Assembly: GCA_002104905.1 (NCBI GenBank)
Contig: MCFE01000566.1
Location: 1 to 57,288 of the forward strand
Length of the DNA stretch: 57,288 bases
Direction of reading: 5' to 3'
From: Basidiobolus meristosporus CBS 931.73
Lineage: Eukaryota; Fungi; Basidiobolomycota
The notes beneath the pieces are model-generated. The model searched no databases. It worked only from the letters and a program-made list of their open reading frames with translations, and had not been told where the DNA came from. Below are positions 1-12,391 of the stretch, one piece after another (position 1 is the stretch's first letter; each line of letters opens with the position of its first letter). The position numbers were made by a program, and so were the translations under genes.

Positions 1-1862
1 TTGGTCGTATGGCGATAGACACCTCAGAAATTCCAACTTCAGGACCTCGTAAAGGAAAAGGGGTATATATCTTGCACGTTTACCGCGACCATCTATGGTA
101 AACATCAGCGTACTCGAGCTGTGACGAATTCTTGCTTACTGACAAATTGCAGGAGCCACGGTGAGAAATCCGACCCACCAGAGTTCAAATCGCTGGAGGC
201 TGTTGCAGAGAACGAGACAGAGGCCGCCGATGGTAGGTGTGCTGTGCAAGATGGATGGTGCATCTTGAAAGATGTTAACAGTTGACTCACAGGAGTAGTG
301 GAAGCATCGCCAGAAGAGCCGGAGGAGAAGCAGGAGTTGAATCTGAGTGTTGCAGGTAAATCCCCGTGGCATATCTGATTAGCATTGGTGTTAAACGTGG
401 TAATTATAGAGGTGGACAAAATATTCGAAGCATCGCTGTTACAGGCGTTGAAAGTCAAGCTAACCCCTGATGGGGCTTCTCAGCATTTACCAATGATGGC
501 ATCGGCCTTCTACTCTGGCTATGTACTTGCTTCGCGGCCTGTTAATGTTGACATCAAGCAAAGTAGCTACAAAAAGGTGAGCAGGTCTGCAGCGCTAGAT
601 TTGCACCAGGATTAACAGGCGGTTTCATGTGTAGGTTGCGAAACTTTTCAAAGCTATGGAGAAGAAGGGACTCTTCAAGTGCAAGGAGATGCGTGGTGAG
701 CTGCATCTTATGAGTGTCAACTGGCAACACAAAGAGTATATTTTAATCACTATGTTTATCACGCCATTTGTACCGGAGCACTAATTGATAACAAATAGAT
801 TTTCCAATTTTGTGGCGCATAAGGTTCCGAATACATCGTCTGCGGCGCAAAAGCCGAATTCAGCGGCCAAATCCATGCCAAGTAGCAACGGCGCTTCCAA
901 AGCAGGCGGAGAGATAAGGATAGTTGAATTGTACCGAGTGTCTAGCGCAGTGGCGCCAATCTTTGACGATCTTAAAGTGAGGTATGTCTTGGCCTATTTG
1001 TGGACTATCGACACAACGTTCACAACAAAAATCCATTTTGCCAACATTCATCGTGTAGCAAAGATTCACTTTATGACAAGGCTGAGCTACGCAATATGAT
1101 CATGGAATACATCAAGAACCATGATCTGGCTAACCCTAAGGATCCGAGGTGAACCACACTCCCAGACACAGCCTGCTTGACTGGTGCTAATAACACGAGA
1201 TTCTATAGAATGGTTAGGATTGATCCGATTCTCTGCGATGCGTTGCTGAAGAAACAGGAGTATTCATCAGTGGATTTCTTAGCAAGAGATCAATGCGTGC
1301 AGAGGTGATGGGGCAATTAATGCTGCTTGAGCTTTCTGAATCGTCACTCAATGGTTTACCCTATAGGCTTCTGGCAAACATGCACCCATATCATTCGATA
1401 GAGATGGCAGGGCAGGAGGCGGTTATCAAGTAGGCAAGGAATTCAAGTGCCAGATGGAGTGGCTTCTAATCCCCACGCTTTGTGTAGGAAGGGCAACGTG
1501 AAGCCAATCCAGATATCCATTGAGGCACGACAAGGCCGCAAGGCCGTCACCAAGATCACAGGGATGGAGAATTTCCAAGTAAGCGTGAACGACCTGGCGA
1601 AGCAGCTACAGACGCTTTGTGCAAGCAGCGTAGCAGGTACACGTTTCTTTGAGAGTGGCCGTTTGTGGACTTTGTTTTAACTGGAACCTCACTTCTACGC
1701 TCAGTTAACGAACTTCCTATTGGAAAGAACACTCCTCATCCTATTGCTGAAATTCTGGTTCAGGGGCATCAGGAGAAAAAAGTCACTGAGGAATTAATCG
1801 CTCGTGGTGTGCCCAGCAAGCACTTGCAGGTAACCGACAAAACCGCCAAGAAAAAGAAATGA
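1..1862 (+). CDS. EIF2D: Translation initiation/reinitiation factor eIF2D (ligatin/Tma64-like), 5'-partial, multi-exon
   Basis: First exon reads GRMAIDTSEIPTSGPRKGKGVYILHVYRDHLW (PUA-domain end), followed by EVDKIFEASLLQALK...VDIKQSSYKK and a SWIB-like middle region. C-terminal SUI1 domain KPIQISIEARQGRKAVTKITGMENF...LAKQLQTLCASS...EILVQGHQ ends at TGA 1862. Confidence 0.85.
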
Positions 1863-2911
1863 GCCCCACCCACAGCATACAGGGCCTTTAGACAGATATG
1901 AAAAGCAAATAAAATGGCTCTATAACTCACGTAGTCACCATCGTTTTGAGGGCTGAGGGAACTGCCTGGCCTGATTTACGCGAACAGTGGGGTTGACTTG
2001 GTCTTAGACTTGCCTAAGGGCTGGGCTGGGGCGGAAAACAGAGCTCTGTATGCACGAAGTAACGTCACACCGTATGTTAGGGATAAAATGTCCGTATTGT
2101 TTAGCGCAGTAGATTACACCGGTACCGGGGTCAAGGTTGAAGGGTGGCCGAGTGGTCAAACGCAACATAGCAGAGTTATGGATGCCATAGGTACACATAG
2201 TTGCACCACTCTAACATGGAATCTCTATGCGGAGCTGGATTGGCGTAGACGTACGATGTGGTTCTCATGTATTCGACACGGACAACAATCTAGCGCCTGC
2301 CCGAGTATATGCTGGCCATATGCTGCTTCACCAACAGACCCATTCCATACACGTGCACAGGGTGATCGACTCCAACCAGAGCTATTCTACGGACACATAT
2401 CGATCACGTATTCTCAGTCAATGAGCATCACGAGCTCAATTTAGAGTTTGCATAGGTTTGATGGTCGATGTGGTTGGCGGGTGTTTGACCCATGATGTAG
2501 GTAACGAATTCCTTCGAACATTCAAGAGAGTGGAATAAGCTTTACATAGGGGTAAGGGGATCTATGAATTAGGCTGCTTTGTAATGGATTCCTAGTTTAA
2601 AAGGCGTGGATAGTGAATTGATTCGCATGCTGGGCCACCTACATGTTTCAAACGGAGTTGACAATGATGAATGCTGGGACCTTTGGCAATGCACGTCAAG
2701 CACGTATTTGGCAGTCCCATTGCACCTTCGATTTTCTGACTATCACCAAGACCTGATGCCGCTCCGATTATAAACTGCGCCAATATAAAAGCCGCGCCAG
2801 ATGCCTCGTGAATGATGGATTAGACCTCCAGTGTGCTAGTTCTACTTTCAGAGAAAACGCCTCTTCTTCACCTCCCTGCTCTTTGTTTCGTTGGTTCCGA
2901 ATTCACGGTTG

Positions 2912-4460
2912 ATGATGAAAAGCTTGATACGGCTTCTGATATTGAGCGCTTTCAGCGCCGGTGTGGTAACACCGCAACAGCATGGTGCATGTAGTAGGAT
3001 GACTGTTCGTAAAGAGGTCAGGCAGTTGAGTGCACAGGAATGGGACGACTTTATAAACGCAGTCAAGGCAGTGCATACGGGCACTCCGCCGACCATCTAC
3101 GATAAATACGTGGATATCCATCTACAGAATGTTCCGGTGGCCCACGCCATTCCTGCCTTTTTCCCGTGGCATCGAATGTTCGTGAAGGCGTTCGAGCAGC
3201 AGCTTCAGCAGATCAACCCCAAAGTGGCCATTCCGTACTGGGTATGCTTGCCACCGACTAGCGCCCTTCCCTTCAACTCGGCTCAGCACTAATCTATCTC
3301 TCCCCTGCCTAGGACTGGACTCTGGATTCCCAGGCTCCCGAGAAGAGCATGATATGGGACACGAAATACTTCGGATCCAGCGGCGATACGAATTGCGTTA
3401 CCGATGGCCCGTTTGCGGGCTGGATCATGAACACGCCCCAACCCCATTGCTTGCGCCGGAAATGGAACAAAGGGAAGCAGATCAGTGCCTTCTACCCGCC
3501 GGAGCTGCTCTCAAAGATCCTAAACGAAGCCAAGAGTTACTCCGAATTCCGAACCGCCATCGAGGCCGCCCCTCACGGCTTAGTGCACGTCAATATTGGA
3601 AGTGACGGCGGTGACATCAGCACCATGTGGAGTCCAAACGAGTAAGTGCTGCTTCGCTCTCTTTTCTAGGGCTGAGCTCTAACCGTCATTCTCTCATGCC
3701 GCAAAGTCCGGTATTCTGGCTGCACCATTCTTTCGTAGACAAAATTTGGTCGGACTTCCAATTGCTCAAACCGGCCCTCGCCAAGACCTACGACGGCAAA
3801 GACAAAGCCAACCGCACCGTAACCCTTGATGATGTGATAGCCCCATTCAACGTCAGGGTCGCAGATATATTAGATACTAACAGCCCACCTCTTTGCTATC
3901 GCTACACCAACCCCTTGTTGACCACGCGAGGCTTTGCTAGCAGCACCCCAGCTCAGACCACTACTACATCTAACGCCGGGAGAAAACGCAGCGTTAACTC
4001 AGGGCCCGACTGCACCATTGACCCTGACGACCGCTCTGACCAGACCGGCTTGCGGACACCCCATAGGCTCCCCGATGAGTGGGTTGAGATGATGGAGATG
4101 AATCCAGAGCGAGTCCGGGCCATGGAAGACCAATACGCAGCATTTATCGATGCTTTGAATGAGGAGCCATCCTACGTCTCTCCTGTTTCGCTTGCCCGCC
4201 ACCCAAGCACCATTGAAGATTTTGTCCAAGGGAAGATTGACACCTTGCCGCTGTTCGATGGGGTGACGAAGATTCCAGGGCTGAATCTCTCCAGCCTAGC
4301 CAAGATAGGCGAGCCGATTGTGCAAGCAATCGAGCCAGTGATGAACATCGTGGACGGATTGTTGAACAATCAGGATCAGGAGACACAGGAGCCGTCGGAG
4401 TCGAACGTGTATAGGACTGATGATCCCTTGGGGATAAAGATAGCCGGACTTCATCTGTGA
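2912..4460 (+). CDS. Secreted tyrosinase / type-3 di-copper-centre protein, 3 exons (introns about 3242-3312 and 3642-3706)
   Basis: Hydrophobic N-terminus MMKSLIRLLILSAFSAG; VRKEVRQLS motif; CuA histidines (IHLQNVPVAH, FFPWHR); spliced IPYW|DWT; CuB histidines (PHGLVHVNIG and spliced SPND|PVFWLHHSFVDKIW). A Thr/Ser linker and an acidic C-terminal domain follow. Confidence 0.9.
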
Positions 4461-5119
4461 CCATACCGATATACCCTTGATGCCATAAACCATGCTTTGA
4501 CCAGAAATTTTTTCATTCACATCTGCTCATATATCTATAGTGCTCGAGACAGAGTGTCCCACTGAGGCCTCTCCCACCCTTCTACACATGATCCCCGCGG
4601 AATAGCATTAGAGTTTGGGTAGCTCGGCACTGCCTATCCTCCCATCCTGCGTATGCTTATCCATGAGATATACCCAACTGGACTATCACCTTAGTTGCCA
4701 TTTACCTATTGTACTCACAGATATCTAAAATGAAGTTCAACCTTACAAGACTGGCTCGGTTTTAGGTTCCTTAGCTTACCAATGAAGTGTTTATCGGCGC
4801 TTGATATCAGTGCGGTCCGGGAGCCATCCTACCGAGCGCCTCTGCATTCTGCTCATAGCCCCAGAGCCTTCGATAAGCGCTCATTTGCCATCCGCATAAA
4901 TATCGGCCCATACAAATGCAGCACATGAAAGACGTACCGGATGCAGGACGGCTCTTTAATGTCGGGTGGGAGTGAAATGCAATATAAAACAAGCGATTGT
5001 GTGAATGAAGTGTGTTGGCATTGAAATATCGGGAGAATTGGCTAGGTGAGGTCGGATTAAATAGAGGGGGGAAATCATAGTCCAGGACAAGGCTAGCGAG
5101 ATGCAGAATGTTGTTCCTA

Positions 5120-6212
5120 CTAAGACCGACTAAACCCAAAGCCAAAGCCTTTAACCTCTCTCAATAGACAAGTGACTGGGACCTTTCGGTACTCTCCCAG
5201 CCGGAATTTCCCCACTATATAGAAGCCCAATCGTTGGTAGATTGAGTTGTACTTTTCGAAGGTGTTCTCAATGTAACAAGGGATTTCTTTTTCATCGGCC
5301 TGGGTGAACAAGTCAGTTGATTCGTTCTACAGTATAAGCGCGGTTGCGTCCGATATGTTACCTGGTTAGAGATATATTTGACAATGGCCTCGAGATACTC
5401 TAGATAGCACAATGAGTTGAAGTGAAGGGGGCTGGGGTGCTTGGAAAGGGATGCGATCAATTACCTAAATAATCTTCGCCAGGCCTTACACCTATATGGG
5501 TGATACGAAAGCAGGGTCGATCTCCGATGGCAGTAAACTGCACCTCCTTGGCACACCTAGAATACTCCACATATGCTCTCTGGGAAATGTCAGCAATCCT
5601 GGTGCATCAACCTTGGACAAATACTTGGCTACCTTCACACCTTCCCAGCCCGAACGAATGACCAGATTCAGGAGGCCAGCGCGAAACATGGTCCGTTTAT
5701 CATAAGCCCTGTTTCCCGGGGGAATGCTACAGTGACAAGGGGTTGTATGAGTATTTCCTCTCGGGAGTTGTACACGGATGTGCAAGTCAAATCACCAAAG
5801 AATTACTGCTTTGAAGTCGTTCACCTCGTAGATATCGCCCCGCAGAAACCCGGCTTTGGCCAGAAACTTGAAATATTGCTTTCGAAAAGATTCTCGTTTT
5901 TTTTCCTAGTAAAGGAAATGAGGCTCAGTTCATATGAAAACAACCCTAAGAGTACTCCATCCAACATACACTGGAGCCAGCAGCACCAACTATATAATCA
6001 ACCGTAGGATCTGGGGAGGGGGTAAAAAATCAGATCGACAGGACGGTTGTGTTTATGGGCATTAGTTATTACCGTTCCAATAACAGTCGTACAGGCAGCT
6101 CACTACCTTGCTTGAATCCGCTTATAAGATGGACAGATTAGGGAACTTGCTTACACAATGTTGGGATATCTCTAAAACCTTTTGATACTCGGTTGATACT
6201 TAACTCGGTCAT
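5120..6212 (-). CDS. GNAT-family N-acetyltransferase-like protein, many short exons
   Basis: Exons joined by eye give MTELSINRV..., DPTVDYIVG..., FRKQYFKFLAKAGFLRGDIYEVNDFKAVIL|IPPG...REHMWSILG|VRPG..., and ADEKEIPCYIENTFEKYNSIYQRLGF (resembles the ADxxGxPxYLE...FYERFGF end of GNATs). The start codon and small exons are approximate. Confidence 0.6.
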
Positions 6213-6712
6213 GAAGTGTGGCACTTCAAAATGTAAGTTCTCGCAGTTTAAAGCACGATTTGGAAGGAAGAGGAAGTACCAGAAAGGCTAGGGCTAGAAT
6301 ATGACTAATGTACCGTTGATTCTTTTATTCATAATATTCTCTATCAGCTAAGATGATGAAATCCCAATGGATATTCAACAAACCATGATATTCGTTGATC
6401 ACCATTTGCCACTTAGAGCAATCACAGTCTGACTCTCATGGAGTGGATGAAGTCTAGAAGTATGCACGCAAGATTAGTAATGGTGAAGATTTTCCGAATG
6501 TTCTACATAGAAATGCATTCTAACCTGAGGTGTGAGAGGTGTAGAGAACAGGTTCAATCCTCCCAGGTTTCAATTCTGGTTTGGCGATATTAGATATAAT
6601 GTATTCTGTGGAACTGATTTATTGCAAGCAACTACCATCAAAGCAGATGGGGAGATTGACTAAATAAACAATATCCTGTTATCTTTATTTATTCTTATCA
6701 CCATGGACTCGG

Positions 6713-7567
<855 letters not shown>

Positions 7568-8598
7568 TCAGCATACCTCTCTCTGGACCAATTAGCAGGA
7601 TTGCTCTACACCGTTGTCAAATAGGCGATTGCTGGAAATATGCAATATGCTGTTTGATTTGAATGTTGCATTCAATCAGCAACAATCCAAACAAGCACGC
7701 GACTACTGGAATCTTCAGAACCCGAGTGAAAGTGCAGATTAATAACTTTGGCTTTTATTTTATGCATTCTATTGAGTTATTCGTAAAATCAGTCGTTTCA
7801 TGATCACGTCATGGCGTCAACCACACAGTGCTCCAAGAAACTGAAAAGAGTTGATAACTGTTCCAGTTGCACGCTGATTCAACAGGAAGCTAGCATGAAG
7901 TTTACTTCGTTTGGCCAATATAATGTGCTATTCGTATCGGATCAAGAGCATACAAACACGGTCACATGGATGTTAAGCAGGATCAAAAATGTAGGCGCTT
8001 CTGTCAGATATGCCTTCTCCCCATATTGAGCCGCTTAGCTATCTGTTGCTTAAATCCCCCAAATAATCCATGGCGAGTGTTCAAACAATTATTACAAGGC
8101 ATCGAACCAATCTATTTCGACCGCAAAACACACCATTGGTTGTCGGTGTTTTGAACGAGCTATTGAGGTCAACATGAGGCAGCTTTGTTCGTTTTATAAA
8201 GTACTGTCTCAGCCTCTAGAGGTCAGTAATACTCGTTACACATGAATCGTAATGAATTTGCATGACATGTTGGCTCAGCAGAAACCAAGTGACTCTGGTT
8301 GAAGGTTATGAGGAACGTTTGATGCGCCACTCAAATACCCCCATGTTACCATAGATGCTAGTGAGAGTCGATACACCATGGTGATGGATCAGTGAATTGC
8401 TATATTCTCATTTCGAAGGGGAGTCGGGCATTTGTACAACAAATATCTTGGTAATTTTGTGAGACCTAGCTTTATACCGAATTTACGAGTTAACTCAATT
8501 TCTATGACCACTTATGATTTTTTGAGCAACATGAATAATGGGATAGATGTCAACCAGTAATTACTTGGATTCCAACACAACCAAGGTTTCTTGTAGTC

Positions 8599-9789
8599 AT
8601 GTCTCACGCGCAGAATCGTAACAAAGTATTGGTGATCGGGCGCGAGGGAACAGGGAAGCACGACCTGGTAAAAGGTAATGCTTTTCCGTAAAAACCCTAC
8701 TTTCCTAGCAAAAACCTCCGCTATAGGCTAACAGTCTTGTGTACTTCAAATCAGCTATTTTAAAGCAGACAAAGAGCCCAGAAAGCGAGAAAGATATTGT
8801 CAGTTGCCTTTTGCGTAACAAATACTACACCGCTTTTATAGAGTTTGTGATAGATGATACCGAACCAGATTTATCTTCCGAAGTAATTGAAGCCTTCGAC
8901 GAACTTGGCGAAGTGTTCGATGGGGTGATATTTGTTGGTGACAAGAATAAGGTAAAGATCGAGGGGAAACATGATACGAGGTGCCCGGTCCTTTCTCTCA
9001 CTTTCTTTGCAAGATGACTAACGCTAAACAATCTCCTCAGAAAGAAACTTTTGAGGATCTAAAGCCTTGGCTGGCTTTTACCACGAAATTTGAACCTGGC
9101 GTGTGTCTCTGTATAGGAAATAACATCCTCAATTCTAGTGAGGGGGACTCCAAGGTTGACACGGAAGAAATCGATGACTGGTGTCTTGAGCATGGGTTTG
9201 AGTACATCGATATGGATGAAGAAGCCGAAAATGGTATTCCATTCTTCGTGGTCGTCGGTCAAGCAAACCTTGTTAAAGCAATCATTAGAAACAACAGGTG
9301 TCCACCGAATCGTTGAAGCCTTGGAATCACACAGATGGGATGGTATGATAATGAATGGTGAAAGCCCAGATCCGATTGATGATTCTCCCGAGGAACCTCG
9401 AGATGAGAAATGGATGAGAAGTATGTGATTACCTCGTTAGTTTTGGGAAATCTGCATTAGCTAAACGTCACGCACAATAGATATGCTTGAATCGCATCAA
9501 GAGTCGGTCAAGGCTGAAGGTAAAGTGTTTACTCTTCACACCATGTGCATATCCATGCTGGCTCTTCTCACATAATCTCGTAGATTTACCGGATATGGAC
9601 GAAGTTCACGAATTGCACGAGCAACTCTTTGGCAATATTAATCTTGACAGTGAAGACAATGGATTGGATCGAGCATTCGAGTTAATCTTAAGCCTCAAAG
9701 AGCAATCGAAGAATATGTCCGAGTCAGAGCGTAGAAAGCTCGCGACCAAAGTAGCCCTGTCCTTTGGTCTACAGTTGGAGAAGGAATGA
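8599..9789 (+). CDS. AAGAB: Alpha/gamma-adaptin-binding protein p34 (AAGAB/IRC6), multi-exon
   Basis: N-terminal GTPase-like KVLVIGREGTGKHDLVK; NKYYTAFIEF; IDDWCLEHGFEYID; GVHRIVEALESHRW; C-terminal helix ERRKLATKVALSF. Confidence 0.8.
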
Positions 9790-9860
9790 CGAATTGAATT
9801 TGCATACTTTATTACCGAGGCGCCAAAAATACAGAATTGTTGAAACCGACACAATAAACT

Positions 9861-11663
9861 TTAAACCATGTACCAAGAGGTATGTTCCAACAAAGAATAC
9901 TCCCAAATGGCAAATTTTCTGTCGTAAATCCAAGAGGAGATTTGATGATCAAATATCGCTTCATACGGTAAGTCCCAAACCTCCAAGTGGTTTAGGTATT
10001 TGGTATTGCTACGAAATGAGTCAAGCGACTTCAGAGTCAATGTATTCGGAAGGTAAACAGTGTGCAGATTGGGCGCATACTGCTGCAATAGTTCTAGCAC
10101 TCTGTCGTCCACTTCCCAGCCAGCCAAGTTCAAGTCGGTCAAACGACTACCACAAGATTCGAGGTAACTCTTTAGAAAGGAAGCATTGATTTTCGAATCC
10201 TCGGGATATTGAATGTGGATTGACCGCAAATTGTGGCAATACTCTGCTAGTATCACAAACATGGCACTAGTAATCCTATTTTGCCCAATGTTCAATTCAT
10301 TTAGAGTGTTGCCAATGTTACGTAGTAGAGGCATCAACGTCGAATCGTCTGCTTGGTTATCCAATAATGATAGCTTTCTCAGTTTGGGGCAGAAAGTCCC
10401 AATCAGCTCGCTAAACTTGGGATTGTTGAAGATTCCCCCGTCTAGTGTGAGGCTCGTTAGGCTCGACCCACATTTCGAAAATAGTCTCTGCCAAGCTGCG
10501 TGATCAGCTCTTAGCAGATTCGGTACATCACCATTCCTGATCTCAAGCTCAGCAAGCTCACTAGTGAGATATTTTGAGAGGATATCCACATCTTCCACTT
10601 CTACTAAAAGGTTGCATAACGTAAGTCTTTTTAGTTTGACACCGTAGCTCGCGAGAAGCTCCTCAAATACTTTCCTTGAAATGACAGTAACTTCATCGAA
10701 GTTGAGGATCAAAGAATTTAATTTGAATAGGTGATGCTCGACTAACTCCTCCAAAAGCTGGTTTGCTTTCAGGGAAGCAGTATGAAAGCGGAGCGACTCC
10801 AGGTGGAGGCAGTGTGTTGACATCAAGGAGAGCACGTTATTGGGAACCTGGTAGGTCTTCAGTTTGAAGCACTCCAGGTTCGGTAGGTATGGGATAAGGT
10901 TTGCGAAGAAATTTGAGTCGACGGTGGCCAAATTTAGATGAAGACTAGCCAAATTCGTAAACGAGCCCAGCTGCGTGTGGTACTCATCAGTTGGTTGTGT
11001 AGAAATCATCTTATCTGGCCAGATGAGTCTGATTTCCGCCAATGATTTGGTGGACTTGAGTACTTGAATTATCTCCGGTAGGGAATCAGAGGTCACACTT
11101 CTGGTATCCAGATACGATATACAGCGAAGTTTCGGTAATCCTCGGACGACACTCGTTAGCCAGTGTTCAGTAGAATATGAAGGACTTGTATAGGGTAGCT
11201 TGATACTTTCCAGCTCTGGCAGATAGCCCAGCATCTCTAGAATCTCCTCGGCGCTTTCGAAGTACTTGTCGATGATACTTAATTTCTTTACATACTTTCC
11301 GACTAAATTCAAAGTATTAATGCGCGCTCTTTATCGTAAGTCCACAAAGACGTATTTATCTGAGGGCCCAATCACTTCTCTGCTGGTGTTCAGAGAAGGT
11401 AACCAGAAGAAAAGTATTCGCCTGACAAACTCAAGCCTACCTTTCTCGTTCTTCTGAATTTGTACTCGGAATAGTTCTAACGCATGCAGTGAGGAAAAAG
11501 TTGGCGCATACCAGATAAAGGGGGTAACGATGGCGTTCCATCGTTTGGAAGCGAGGGATGCTGCACATAGATCTACCAAGCGGCCTTTGAAGCAGGTAAA
11601 TATTTCCTTTTGGAGCTCGCTTGGAATCAACTCCAACCAAGAGAGAGGCTTGTTGTCGACCAT
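9861..11663 (-). CDS. F-box / leucine-rich-repeat (RNI-like) protein, 2 exons (intron 11303-11440)
   Basis: N-terminal F-box-like LELIPSELQKEIFTCF...LCAASLASKRWNAIVTPFIW, then about 480 aa of LxxLxL repeats. Phase-1 intron GTAGGC...ATTTAG joins NEK|VGKYVKKL. Confidence 0.8.
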
Positions 11664-12391
11664 ATTCAAGTCAGTTTAAAACGGAAAAAACAGGACGGAG
11701 CAAGGCTTAAATAGAAGAAGTGGTCGAAGCTGGATACTGCTTATTAGATAGTTCCGTGATCCGTGTAGAGCATACAGTTTGTTTTGCTCTACCGCGAAAT
11801 TAAATTTCTCTCTCCCAACCCCCCTCTTTCTAAACCTCAGTTGGTTATTGGAAACCTGAAACTAACAATATCGATCACTCTCGACATGCGATTGGTCCCT
11901 GCAGCACATTACTTATGACAGTCACGCATTTGCTGACCGCTCTGACAGTTGCTCTGAATAGGCTCGATTCCATCAACTCGCTTCATTCTCATCAGTATTT
12001 GATCCACACGTGAGACATCAGCAAGATGCTTGGTACTTTGGTGATCGGCCTCGCCAATCAAAAACCCTCCGCTATGTCGCGACACCACCTCTACGTAGCT
12101 GCTCAAAGCCATGGGATGCAACGAACACACCCTTGACAATTTATTTATCTAGTATGTACCTAGCGTAGGTAAAGTTTGTAACAAAGGAAAAGAACAACGA
12201 TTCAGTGAGCTTACGAAAGAAGGTATGGTGATGATTTACATTCGTTTCGACAACATAGTTTCAAAGGTCAAAATCAATGAAAACAACGCATAAAGTATGG
12301 AGTTCAGTAGGCTAGCGTGAAAACTGGATAAGTTGGTACAATTGAGATATTTAGGTGGTGCTGGTGGTGGTGGTGGTGCAAAATTGCTCAT

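Noticed and set aside
7706-7720. Heat-shock-element-like GAATCTTCAGAA upstream of polyubiquitin
   Set aside because: Spacing between the second and third units is 1 nt instead of 2, so the evidence is too weak.
11303-11440. In-frame TAA between the F-box ORF and the LRR ORF, suggesting stop-codon readthrough or a pseudogene
   Set aside because: A 138-nt phase-1 intron (GTAGGC...ATTAAT...TTTAG) removes the stop and gives a normal F-box-to-LRR junction.
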